Source of the DNA: Octopus vulgaris
Lineage: Eukaryota
NCBI GenBank assembly: GCA_951406725.2
Contig: OX597832.1
Span: forward strand, 15,376,001 to 15,440,000
Reading direction: 5' to 3'
Length of the DNA: 64,000 nt
In this document: in pieces, positions 1 to 12,760 of the stretch
Layout: every line of letters begins with the position of its first letter
Position numbering within the stretch: position 1 is the first letter of the stretch
Program-made: the position numbers and the translations under genes
Notes under the pieces: model-generated
What the model saw: only the letters and a program-made list of their open reading frames with translations
Told to the model about the DNA's origin: nothing
Databases searched by the model: none

Positions 1-118
1 GTCTCGATACAGTAACAATGAACGAAGGATGATACTATAATACTATATGCATAGATATTTATGAGAGGTAGTACTACCGCTGAAATTGTAATCGTGCGCC
101 AGTATTATTATTTTGATT

Positions 119-326
119 AAGGTAGTACACTCGCAGAATCGGAAACACGGTATTGTGTGCGTCTTTACTGTCTGATTGCTAATTTAGCTGGCGTCGGTGT
201 TGTCTTTCAGCCTTTACACATTACTAAAACTTAGTTGCAGTTAAATACTGGGATGGAATTAATCGACTACAAGCTTTCCAGAGAAAAAATTAAGTCCCTT
301 TATCTATAATAGAAAAGGATTATTAT
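119..326 (+). mobile_element. Decayed SINE (family A)
   Basis: Aligns by eye to the better copy at 63511-63725 (gcagaatcg.., gtctttac.tctga, tactggg..aatcgact, tagaaaaggattattat end). Confidence 0.6.
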
Positions 327-1817
327 CATCATTGACGAAAAGTACGACGGGAGGCATCGATGTAATTTTTTTCCGTTAACGATGCTAAGATTTGTTTGAT
401 ACTGGACCGCAGTGTATATTATTTATCATCTTTTTTTCAGTGTAATTTTTAAAATGTCAGGTCAATGGTACTGAACTTTGGAATTGTTAGCAAATCAGAT
501 TCACGACCACGTGGTCAGAATATGACCTATTGCAAAATACTACGAACTTTTACTCAATCTTTACTCTAACGTCTTTGTACATATCGCACTTGAAGTTCTA
601 CATGATAATGTGATACAGGTAGTTTCTTTTACAAATTCATTTGCATCTTGACAAAAGTCATTCCTAAAGTCACATTTAAGCTGAATTTATTTAAAGGAAT
701 TTGGCAGAGAAAAACTGCACACAATCCTACTGTATACATAGTAGTGCAGTTTATTAAAAAATTGTACGAGGAATTCAAATGATGGAAATACCTCATACTG
801 TTTGAAACATTGTAACCGAAACACACCATTCACTTAATCGATCAAACGATTTTCCAAAATCACGTTTCAACTATGCACCAAAAGACGGTTAATTATATGC
901 ATATCATTGCATTTACTGATGCTGATAAATTTTACAAATAATCTGTCATAAATATCTTTGCAAAATTTGTTTTCACACATCACAATTAAAAGCCTGTAAT
1001 ATGAGTACATGCATATAGATTAGTTTGTCTGAGTCTTGAATTAAATACTTCAATATATAAATCTTTAAGTCTATCTATATATCTCTTTTTCTACCTGCTT
1101 GTCTGTCTCTCTAGATATATGTGTGTGTTTATGTATGTATGTATGTGTATACATGTGTGTGTGGTCTGTGTGGGTGGGCGTGTGTATGCTTCTGTGTGTG
1201 TGAAAATGATGCCTCATAGGTTTATCGTTCACGTGACAGCTCATGTTACTGCGTAATAAATGAAATATTTCTTAAAACGTTAGTAATGTACGGTTGAATT
1301 TGTTTGCCGCACTAATTTACCTATAATCTCGTATCTAATTAATTCTATCTTTTTTAATTCCGATTGAACAGTATTTGAATATTTTCACTTTCTAATAATC
1401 TTCACATCACGCTTCACCGTTTGAAACAATTCCAGATAATTTCTTGTTTCGTGATTTTATTAGAAAAAACACTTGAGTTTGATCTGTAATTTATGAGAAT
1501 AAATTTGCCGTAGCAGTTAACACGTATATTCTGTGTCTTTTAGTGCACGCCTTTTGTATTTCATATTGGCACAATTTTATAACGATCACAGGCTGTTTTA
1601 AATGAAGGGATTTAAGTACACATTACAAATTACGAAGGACAATTTTTCTGTGGAACACAAATGAATAAATGGCTTCAAATATTATAAGAAATCAATAAAA
1701 AATATTCTTTGCCATGAAAGCTATTCTGTCTAATCTCAAGGAATTTTTATTTTTACAAGTTTGTGTTTATTGCTCAACCAAAATTATAATTGCATGGAAA
1801 GTGAGAAACAAATAAAA

Positions 1818-1819
<2 letters not shown>

Positions 1820-1884
<65 letters not shown>

Positions 1885-1917
1885 ATTTTATCATTTTTAT
1901 AATTATTATTGCTATTA

Positions 1918-1958
<41 letters not shown>
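1820..1958. repeat. (ATT)n microsatellite, interrupted
   Basis: Direct read. Confidence 0.95.
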
Positions 1959-2354
1959 GAGTGAGAGAGCAGTTCATGCCATCAAAGTGACACTGGGGTA
2001 AAATATACGAAGCCCAATATACCCATCATGACTACCCGTCTGATAAAGGTACACCAGGCACATGCATCACAACCATATGTGCGCGACATGGTGATCTCAT
2101 ATCAAGATAAACAGCACATGACCTTGCAGGTGGGGCCCAGTTTGAATTTTCTTCAGGTTGAGTAGCCCATCCCGCTCAAACGGTCCCCGAATAAGGGTTG
2201 TTTAAGGATGTTGAAAGAACCACCCATGTTTCCAGAGGTGGACTATTCAAACCCCAAAGCATCCCTCTCAACACATGGCTATGATGCTCCCCCACTACTT
2301 CTGCTCGTGATCAGAGATGCACATATCGTCAGCCACTAGGGGACATGCTCAACT
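1959..2354 (-). mobile_element. 5'-truncated retroelement 3' end (non-coding, probable LINE 3' UTR) with (TAA)n tail
   Basis: About 395 bp complex, GC-richer island inside (ATT)n. Ends ..ctctctcactc(aat)n on the minus strand and is flanked by a duplicated interrupted microsatellite block. Confidence 0.6.
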
Positions 2355-2422
2355 TATTATTATCATCATTATTATTATTATTAATATTTTTATCATTTTT
2401 ATAATTATTATTGCTATTATTG

Positions 2423-2493
<71 letters not shown>

Positions 2494-2578
2494 TTCATTA
2501 TCATTATTGCTATTATTGTAATCATCATTATTATTATTATTATTGTGATTATTATTATTATTATTAATATTATTATTA
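2355..2578. repeat. (ATT)n microsatellite, interrupted
   Basis: Direct read; source of the poly-I and poly-N ORFs. Confidence 0.95.
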
Positions 2579-3005
2579 AACATCGAATAGCAGCAGCGAT
2601 CAAATCAATGGATCGTGATATGCGCCTAGGTGGAATTCATTTACCACATTGATATTGCCCGTGATGTAGGTGGTGGCCATACTTGTAAGACAGGAAATAA
2701 AACATGATTGTGAGTAAAAACTTGTTACTTAGGTGAAGTTTTCTATTGCTTTTCCTTATTAAACCATTGCGTAAGGAAATTCTTTTTGATTAATAGTAAT
2801 GGTAAGACAACAAAAGATTGAATGAGACCTCGATATATCGATATTATGTAAACAGAGCAATTTATCTGCACTATTATATGTAACAATTACTCGGTTGGCA
2901 AAGCATGTTTTGATTGCCTCGATAACTGATGAGATGCCGAAGTAGTTCTCGGAATCTTCGGCAACTTGGAATCTTCTGATGGTAGCTGAAAGATTGTCAC
3001 CTATT
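2579..3005 (+). mobile_element. Possible Penelope-like 3' end/pLTR remnant
   Basis: KSMDRDMRLGGIHLPH*Y resembles the PLE C-terminal NRDxG..LP..Y motif. CTGATGA at 2926 is followed by the hairpin tgccgaag/cttcggca and later gaaagattgtc. Confidence 0.35.
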
Positions 3006-3072
3006 ATATTACAGATACACACACATACATACATACATGCATGCATGCATACATACATACATACATACATAA

Positions 3073-3129
<57 letters not shown>

Positions 3130-3410
3130 AAAATTATAAGTATATGAAAGAATGGAGTTGAACGACTAGTTAACAAATATCCTTTATTCTCGACATGTGT
3201 TTCGAAGGCTGCATATAGCAGCATTAGCGTTAGCAATAGCAATAATGATAATAACATTAGCCAGTTTATTAACAGTGGTGGTGCTAGTGGTAATAGTACC
3301 AGCATTCTTAATAACAGTTATATTATTGATGATAACAATCGCAGCATTCCTATAGCCAGGGGATTTGCCGACGATATTACAACTGATAGTAATGATAATA
3401 AGATGAATAG

Positions 3411-3863
3411 TATCGTGGCCAAAGCCAATTTTACACCTATCACAACAATAAAAAACCCAACAGATTAAAGTTCCTATCCAAAAATTCCAAAATTAGAAAC
3501 ACCACTTACCAATGCAAAATTTCTTCTGGAACCGATGTCTACTTCTATATTGGCGCAACCTCTTCTAATTTAACCCAAAGGATCTCCAACCATCATTCCA
3601 CTTTCAGAGATAAGAGAAAGCAACACAGCACGGGGCTAAGCAAATTAGTCTGGCGTCTGAAGAACAATAACACTACCTTCAAGCTCGAATGGTCCATTTT
3701 GTCGGTGTCCTTCCCGTTTGATAAAGGCAGAAAATTTTGTGGCATCTGTATTTCCGAACTTTTTCATATTTTGTTCGCCAAAGGCCCTTTAATAAACACA
3801 ATCATCGAAAGATCCTACTGGTGTTTACACTGGAAAAGACACACCTTTCACTCATATAAATAG
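3411..3863 (+). pseudogene. GIY-YIG endonuclease domain of a PLE (Naiad-like); open frame without ATG
   Basis: Manual translation: TTYQCKISSGTDVYFYIGATSSNLTQRISNHHSTFRDKRKQHSTGLSKLVWRLKNNNTTFKLEWSILSVSFPFDKGRKFCGICISELFHILFAKGPLINTIIERSYWCLHWKRHTFHSYK*. Shows xxY..YIG, catalytic R and E, CxxCxxE and CxH. Confidence 0.85.
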
Positions 3864-4417
3864 TGACTAATATAGATGACCCCTCGATTTCCCCCCAAAT
3901 CTTTTTGCTATATTTCACCCCAATAGTCAAAAAGATTTTCTTATAATCCCAATTACTACTATCCATTCTTGCGTTGCCTCTCACCTCGTCCGATTCTTTC
4001 TCCCATTCGCTATCTACTTTCCTTTCTCTACAGTAAACATAATCGAACACACAGACACAGACCTTTCACCTCACAGCTGTCAGTTTTCTGACATCTACCC
4101 ATCCACAAACACAATCACGCATTCAGACACACACATACACACATTAAGACAGTTATATACAGTCACACACACAGGCACTCATTCACAAAAGAAATCATAA
4201 AACCCACCATTCTTTTGACCTGCACTCTCTCACCTTACCATTCTTATGCCTCCCTCCTCCTACTTTATTTGAACTCTTGAGCCTTTAGAAACTTCTAGAT
4301 TCTTCTACATTCAGCCACTCTGACGTCACTCATTATAAAGAGACACTCATTATCGCCATGGGCTCCTTGAGAGCGGTCAGCTAAAGGTTTTTTGTGCATT
4401 TCGATGTCGACATAAGT

Positions 4418-4514
4418 TCCTTGATTTTCTTGATGAGAAATCTGCATAATGTACTCCTTATTCCTTCGGAATTAGGAATATGCAGCCTTCGAAACATATG
4501 TCGAGAATAAAGGA
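4418..4514 (+). ncRNA. Type I hammerhead ribozyme (C3U core variant)
   Basis: Stem I tccttgattttc/gagaataaagga; core TTGATGA 4430-4436; stem II gaaatctgcata/tatgcagccttc; GAAA 4491-4494; palindromic stem III ACATATGT; GUC site at 4502. Confidence 0.75.
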
Positions 4515-4743
4515 TATTTGTTAACTAGTCGTTCAACCCCATTCTTTCATATACTTATAATTTTAAATTAAACATACAAATTTTCGCACGAAGACACGTA
4601 GTCTTTGCCCTAGGGACGTAGCTTCAACCGTGTTCTTTCTGATGTGAATTTGCTACCCAGGTATCGAGTTATCGAATTATACTTAATATCGAATTATCCT
4701 TTCGAATTATCCTTAATAAGATAATTCATTCAATTACTCAAAT

Positions 4744-4810
<67 letters not shown>

Positions 4811-5867
4811 TGGATTTTGTCATTGTTGTCGATGTAGCTCATAAAAGCACGCGTTGAAGTGCAGAGAAATCATTTGAGAAATGAACTTTTAACACTTCAA
4901 GACGTTTTCAGATTCATCAGATCATTCAAAACATATGCAGCATCCAATGCTATTTAGGACGAGCATGCCCTGCGCTAAATGCGGAAACAACTGCATTAAA
5001 TTAGCAGAAAACATTATGGAACCAGGAAATTCGCGTCATCACTGCCCAAATCACTATAATTAATAAAACAATCAATGGAGTTAATTACAACTTCTTCAAG
5101 ATACTATTAACTGCTTTTCAGTTACCATGTGAACTAAATACAGGTGGGATCTGAAATGCAGTTAACAGCACCCTGAAGAAGCGGGAACTATCACTAAAGT
5201 GCACGCTAAGTGCATATTAAGGTCCAATATTTTGCCTTGTGCACAGAGTTGCAGCAGAACATATGTAGGTGCAGAAATGCAAGGACGTAATTCAGTGCCG
5301 AATAAAACTGGATATATAAATCTCGGTTCTCTGTAAATATTTATTAATATATATATAGTTATGTAATATTCCATTCGGAATGCGGTAGAGAACAGTATAA
5401 AGCTCATCTCCCTTCACTATAACCCAATACTAATAAAATATTAGTATACACTACCAAGTTTATATTTGGGCATTCGTCGTGTGTGAATATAATATAGAAG
5501 TCGTTTCGGTCAATTGCAGTCCGGCAAATGCACTCTCATGGCACACGCCATGGAACTATCACCTGCTACTGGCTAACTGGGGAGATGAGCTTGAAGTCCA
5601 TGACTTTATACTAACAATGACCGTAGTCGTATGTCGTCTGAGGTAACACAATTAGATCACAGTATGTAAAGAAAGAATTGTACAAGCAAAACAATATTTG
5701 CATAGCTGTATTCTTGGAGAACTACATAGCGTCAAAATAAATGTAGAGACTACTGAATAAATGTCCGAGTATATGTTTATCATATATTTCAACTGCCAAA
5801 GGCAGATACGCTGCAGTTACCGTGGAGGAAAAAAGTATCTCGTATGGTAGAGAAGTATGATAACATC

Positions 5868-6490
5868 CAGTACATTCAGTGTCGCCATCTCTCGGCTATC
5901 TCAGACATATATAAACCTATAGCATTATTGAGTTAGTTCAGAGTACCTTCTTGTAGGTACATCTAATTGACAAAAGGAAAGAAAAATCGAAACATCGATG
6001 GCTGAACAAATTGGGTGTTATCGAACCTTTCTGTCAACGGTAACTGCATCATATGTGCCTTTGGCAGATGAACATTTGACAAATATATTTCAACTAACCT
6101 AGATTCTCTCATACCTAAACACTGCTTGGCACCTATGCACCGTTCATTAATTTGCTCGGATGATCTATTATATCTCCAATCAATCAACGTGTTGACAGAA
6201 TTATATACAAACCAATAGCTTTATTAAATTTGTTCACAATTGACACTCTTAGGCATATGTCATTGGGAAGTGTCAAAGAAAATTCGAAACAGCGATGTCT
6301 GAGATTCTCGAGAGATGACAACACTGAACGGACTGTGTGTTTTCACGAATTTCTACGATAAGAGAGATGTTTACTTCACGTTAATTGCAGTGTATTGGCC
6401 TTTAGCAATTGAAATATGTGACAAATCTATTTCAACTAACGTACATTATTCTTATACATGAACACTGCTTTGTACCTATGCTCCGATGTG
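5868..6490 (+). repeat. Compound direct + inverted repeat, probable decayed PLE pLTR tandem
   Basis: 5904-6005 resembles 6198-6300; 6076-6143 resembles 6417-6485; 5868-5908 is the inverse of 6295-6335 (34/41). Both direct copies contain cgaaaca.cgatg.c. Confidence 0.65.
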
Positions 6491-6545
6491 CATATATACA
6501 CAAACACACACACATGTACATACGTACACACACACATATATTTAT

Positions 6546-6584
<39 letters not shown>

Positions 6585-6725
6585 AAAAAGGAAATGAAGA
6601 AAATGCTGACAAATAATTGAAGTAATTTAAGTAATATAATTAGGTGAAAGTTCTTTTTACCGGTTGCGTATTTGTTATGCTTATCAAAATATAAAAGAGA
6701 GATTAGAGTCTGTCTCTTATATGTG

Positions 6726-6927
6726 AAAAAAAGAGGCTCCAGAGTTGTTTTGGATTTGCTTGGTTTCGCGCCTAAAATTTTGATTGGTCATTATGAAGGG
6801 GTCACGTGAATGTTTGAATGGAAGTTGGTGTTGGGGTAAGAAAAAAGGCTCCAGAGAAGTTAAAATTTGGCTAGTGTCCCGCCTAAAATTTCTTATTGGC
6901 CATAATAAAGAGGTCACGTGAATGTTT
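6726..6927. repeat. Two-copy tandem repeat, period 112 bp
   Basis: aggctccagag at 6734 and 6846; ggtcacgtgaatgttt at 6800 and 6912. Confidence 0.85.
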
Positions 6928-7321
6928 AGAATTTTCGAAAATAGTGTTGTTGAAAATTCTTATTGTTCAGGCTGGTCAGTAGACGTCATGTGGATATTTT
7001 AAATAGCTTTTTAGCGCGTAGTTAGGGAGTGTATTTTCCGCTTGACTGGATAAGTAAGTTCGTTTAGAACAAGGAGAGCTGTATGTGTGTATGTGTGTGC
7101 GCGCGATCGTGTGTGTGTGTTTATATGTATGTTGGGGCGCGCGCGCGTGTATATATGTGTGTGTGTGGGTACAATTTTCAATATTTATAGTTCTGCTGGC
7201 CTTGTGCCTGTATCGGGAAGCAACGTATTTGTGTGAAGTCAATATTTACAGCCATTTCCCCAAAATAGCGTTGGATGTTTTGCACCCGTATTCATATATT
7301 TATATATATACATATATATAA

Positions 7322-7376
<55 letters not shown>

Positions 7377-7942
7377 TGTATGTATATATACAAATACATA
7401 TACGGACTACAATATCCTCATTATGTAAATAATGACTGACTTGCATGTCACGTAAATAGCAAGGACAGACAAAATATTCGGTCAAAACAAATTATATGTA
7501 ACAGGGGACATTAACAGAGAGAATGAGAGGAAACCGAGGGAGAGTGAGAAAGGAAGAAATGAGAGGGGGGAAGAAGGGAGAGGTGGGTGAGACATACAGA
7601 AGGAAAATGTATGATCACACAAAGAAAAAAAGAAAAAGTGAGAGGAAATTATCCTTAGGCTGAAATCACTCGAGCTGGTGTTCCCGGCGCTTTTAAGAGA
7701 AGGTACTGTATTTGCCTTTTTTTTTAATACAAACAGGCGTTTTTTTTTTTATGAGAGTGCCTCGCTAGGCAACTACAGTGGTACTCGGCGTTCTAGAAAG
7801 GCACCAACATTACGAAGAATATAATGATTACTTTTAGACAATAATACTCTTCCGTCACCAATAAACATAGTCTCATTATAAAAAATAAACCTGCTGGGTT
7901 TTTGGAATATTATTAATTAAAAAGTCACTGAAATACTATATA

Positions 7943-8152
7943 TCCTTTTCTACTCAAGGCTCAAGGCTTGAAATTTTGGGGTTTGGGTCTAGTCGATTAC
8001 ATCAACTCCAGTACGCTACTGGTATATTATCTAACGTACCCGAATGGATGAAAGACACAGTCATCCACAGCTGAGTTTTAATTTATAATCTAAAGACAGA
8101 CCCCTAAGCATTTCTCCAGGCGTGCTAACGTTTCTGCTATCTCATCGCTTTG
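7943..8152 (-). mobile_element. SINE (family A)
   Basis: Reverse complement matches 63511-63725 (gcagaaacgttagcacgcc..gaaatgcttag..ctttcatccattcgg..). Confidence 0.75.
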
Positions 8153-8594
8153 AAATACTTTATATCGTGGCAACCATATATATATGGCATGCAGTGAACT
8201 AAATTCTCCCACAGAGGATTTCCAGCTGTCTGAAAGTGCTTAGAGGTAATAGAAGATCCCCTTCTGCTTCGGAATATGACAGTGTTTTTATGCAACATGC
8301 ATCTATATGAGAATATCCCGTACGGCTAACACAAACTTATCTGAATTTCTAATATGACATGAATTTAAGTTCCATATACAGATTGGCTCTTGCTCCCATC
8401 GATCAAATATTCTTCGAGTTAACATGGGATCCATTCAGAACAATATAACCTTCATTTGACTAAGGTATATTTTATCTTTTACCTGGTGAGTAACTAGGGG
8501 AATACTTCTCGTTGAGTAATTAGTACTTCCGAGGCTCTGCTAGCTAGGAATCGTACGTAGCTTATGTAGCCTGGATTTTAACTACTACATTCCT

Positions 8595-8595
8595 T

Positions 8596-8631
<36 letters not shown>

Positions 8632-8755
8632 TATAGATAGATAGATATATAGATAGATAGATAGATATATATATATAGATATATAGATATATAGATAGAT
8701 AGATAGAAAGATAAACAGACAGACAGATAGATAAATAGATATGTAGATAGATATA
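8595..8755. repeat. (GATA)n microsatellite
   Basis: Direct read. Confidence 0.9.
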
Positions 8756-10523
8756 TTAAAATGTTCAGTCTGATGTAATTGTTTCTGTTAATGCAGGTGA
8801 AGTATTTGTAATCTAAATCCAACAGAAACTTAGCTAGTATCTCGTTATAATATTTATTATATGATTTGGGTAAAACGAAGTTCGCAAACCATGAAACATG
8901 TTCAACGAAATTGTTTTCGAAGTCTTGGTAGCTTGGTAAATATATCTGCCAAAGAACGATTAGTAATTCTGGCTATTGTTCAAGATTGCTTCATAAATGT
9001 TATTAATAGACGTCCAAAACAACAAGGACGCCAAAATAACCATCATACTGCTACCAACGTGGGAAAATGAAAATAATAATTATGAAGAGGATGTCACTTT
9101 CCATCATTTTAAACGCATTTTAATCACAAACCTTTGTAAATCAATCGGATCGAATGTATGTACGAGCCAAATTTAAATCAAAAGCTGAAGAATCGTTATG
9201 TAAATTCCCAATTTATATAATCACAGTAAATAGAAAGCCAAATTTCTGGAATTAGAATCAGATAAATGTTTTGAAGAGGAACGAGAATCTGTCAAAATTT
9301 AAAGACAGAAAATAGAGTAAAATGATAATACATATTGCTTGTTTGGGGAATAACAAGACAGAGATTTCTAATTTACGCTTAAACCGTTAGAGATTGTATT
9401 GTGTAATGTCTATCATATGAAATACTTGTTGCAATTTGAGGTTCTTACAAGTTTATATGAAAGAAACTGTCATATTTCTAAATACGCTGTTTCTGTGGCT
9501 CTAGATAATTTTCATATTGGTTGTGCTCCAACAGGACAATACTGCATTAAAAAACATAGAATTATCCGTAAGGTAAATACGAAAAACTTATTTGTGGTAT
9601 AGAAATTGTAGATACAATATAACTTAATATATTTAGCTAAGATATTAATTTCCAGACATTCAAACAATTCCATTAAAACCGTAATGTCTATTATTCCCTT
9701 GTCAATAAATTGCCTTATGTATACGTATTAAAATAATTTTGTTGCTACTGTTGTTGGTTTGCGTTGCGTTTCTAGAGCGGCGTTGCAAGAAAAACTGTTA
9801 TGAAAACTTTTGATGAAAATGAATGTTTCGTATTAAATTAAGGATCATTAAGACGCCGGAACGTTTCCGTGTGTGTGGCAAATTAACATAAAAGAACAAT
9901 TTCCTTCGAAATTTTATGACTTAAAAAATGTTCTAATGGAAAGAATAATTTAACTTGGAAACTGGAATAGAACGTTTTTAGAGAATGAAAAGCAGAGCGA
10001 GAAAGATAACACGGCATTGTAGGATAAAGAATACCTGCAATACAGTTTAAACCACGCGAAAACAATCTTCCTGTCGAAGTTAATATACAAGCAGGTAGAA
10101 GTTACTTATTCACTACCACATATCGTTTAATTGCACAAATGTTTAGTATATCACGTTTTATATATAAAGTCGGCTGTATCATTTTCATTCCAGATAAAAA
10201 TATAGGTTCTAAGAGAAAGAAGTGTCATTATTAAGTTCTATACCAGCCCATTGTGTAAACCGACAGGCTAATTGGGATGGGTACAGTTTTACGGATATAG
10301 AAACTTTGATCAGAACAATGGTGACAGAGAAATGAAGATGGTTGCAGAAGACTAAACTCACGATTAAATCTTAAGAGGCTATCAAGTAAGACCAGTGAAA
10401 ATACTCGTTTACTTCTGGATGTACTGATTTTCGTAGCGGCATAAATTATGTTGCAAATGTTTCGTATCACAGAAATTAAGGGATTTTTCTATCTATTATG
10501 TCTACCTGATATATACCATTCAG

Positions 10524-10579
<56 letters not shown>

Positions 10580-10868
10580 TCTCTCTCTCTCTCTCCACAT
10601 ACACACACATATGCATATATATACACATACACACACATATATTTAGAAAGATATATATCGCTTGCTGTAGGGTTTTTCACTCATTTGTCAGTCATTCGAT
10701 AGGTGCTCTCCTGTGGCTAAGAGCTCTTCCATAGCAATTCTGGTGCTGACTAGCAACCCTAGACAGCATAGTAACGCCTCAATAAGGTGTGCCAAAGGAG
10801 GGGGAATACATTTCAGAAGTCAGTGTTTTAATCATTTAATCACTCGCTACATATTTCACAGCATCGGA

Positions 10869-10936
<68 letters not shown>

Positions 10937-12099
10937 AAGTGAGAGAGGGTGCGAGTGAAAATTACACGTATGTGTGTGAGTTTGTGTGTGTATGCATATG
11001 CTTGTATACTTGTATAACAGCTATGACATTGCCCTGCCATAATATCAATGAAAGCGAAAAATAAATGTTATGAAGTTATGCGTCTTGGGTGCCAGTCAAG
11101 TAACCCTACCCAGTAAATGTTGGAGCAAATGTTACCAGTTTTACAACTGTCTTAAAATGCATTATTACATTCTTCTTGTAATTAATTCGATAGTGTTTCA
11201 GTTGTACATCATTACACGAAAACAAATAAAATTGTGATGCGTTGTGCTTAAAATATCTTTGTATAGAGTACGGTAAATAAAATCTATCGGAAGAAAGAAA
11301 ATAATATTTACCATTCAGAAACATATTCTCGTAGCTATATGGTTATTTCGTGTCATTTAAGTGAAATTATTTCCTGCAATACTGTTTCTTTTAGAGGACT
11401 TGTAGTTTAAATTAAGTTATCATATATTCTTCTTGATGCAATATCATGTTAATTTTATGAGGTTATGTAATGATATTCACACTTATATGTACGCGTGAAA
11501 ACATTTGGAAACATTCCCTATCCGTTGTAGTGTCTCTGTTGTAAGACTTTCAACCTAATCTGTTTTACCAAATTTGATTCTAAATATATTAAACACCAAT
11601 ATTTTCCTCAAAGTAATTTTATTTGAACTAAATCTGGAATAGAAGTTAGAAAAATCTATATAAGCGTTCTATTCAATTTTATCTCAATCATTCACTATTC
11701 TAGATGGCTACGGCTTAAACTTTACCTCCTTTCAGTGCGTAGAAACAAATGCACGAACTCACACACACACATGGACATATATGCATAGGTCGGCTGAAGT
11801 GTTTATTGACAGACGTACATAGGTTCATAGGATGTGACCAAATGACGTCCATTATAAAAAGTAGTCGAAACTAGTTAAGTCTTTTTTTAGTAGTCAGATA
11901 TAAATTTGCCTGAAAGGAAACAAAGCAGTTATTAATAAGGCGAGATGAAGTAAATGCATGAAAGATTTCATGGCTCTAGCGTTATTGCTTCATAGTTAAC
12001 CGATGAAATGTTCTGTCCAGCCTCGTAATTAGGATACAAACTTGGAAATATTGATACTTCCACAATTTATATAAAAAAAGTCAAAACTACATAATAAAA

Positions 12100-12760
12100 A
12101 TATAGATTTGAGTGCAACAAAATATATTGATTTGAAATACTGATCCGTAATGCAAACTTAGTGAGTATCGCCGATGGAATATACAAAGTTTAAAGAAAAA
12201 AAGGAAAATATTGTATTGTAGTTACAATAATATCAACTCAGACAGAGCAAAGTTTGTTTCCACGATATTAGGTAACTGAATAAAATGGCAATATAGAAAT
12301 ATCAAAATCAAAATATATCTGCTGGGCTTATACCATAATATCATTTAGAGCCTATGGAATTACAATCCATGTTATAAAATATATATATATATATACATTT
12401 AGAAAGACGGTGAATTTAGATAAATGCAAAAATAGCGCCGGGCAGTGTATATGGGTAATGTTAAAACAGAAATATTTTAGTAATACCTATCAATGACGCT
12501 AGTTTACGCAACCGACATGTTATGGAATAACAACGGAATTGGGGCATTGAACAACAGCATGGACGCAAAAATATTAGATATTACTTGTAGTATAGAAAAT
12601 AATAAAACAAAAACAGTTAGATACATAGGAAGTGTTGAATGTGCAAAGAGAATATCAGAAAAGCAAAATGATTGCATGTCCGTAACATGCAATGGGATTT
12701 CTCGTCTATTAACGTAATCACATAAATACAGATTTTGCAGAGATAGGTTTAGACCAATTA
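12100..12760 (+). mobile_element. Heavily decayed RTE-like LINE, C-terminal fragment
   Basis: MTLVYATDML...MDAKILDI...VRYIGSVECAKRI resembles the RTE post-RT region (P.MTYA.E.W..M.RKIL.I); upstream YLG-like remnant. Confidence 0.4.

Larger units (their letters stand above)
3127..4741 (+). mobile_element. Penelope-like element, 5'-truncated, with inverted pLTR fragment, inserted in (TA)n
   Basis: GIY-YIG frame 3411-3863, hammerhead 4418-4514, 90-bp inverted repeat 3127-3216/4478-4567 (2 mismatches), (TA)n on both flanks. Confidence 0.85.

Noticed and set aside
2317-2652. Poly-I, poly-N and poly-L ORFs here and at 43.0-43.9, 46.3-46.9 and 48.9-50.2 kb
   Set aside because: Translations of (ATT)n and (TA)n microsatellites.
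3864-4417. SECIS element in the PLE 3' region
   Set aside because: No AUGA..AA..GA stem found by eye, and no in-frame UGA in the visible endonuclease frame.
7655-7710. Possible micro-exon (cttag|...aag|gtactg)
   Set aside because: Weak polypyrimidine tract and no recognisable peptide or partner exon.
11780-12030. Possible mariner-derived MITE ending cagcctcgTA
   Set aside because: The left TIR is too degraded to support the call.
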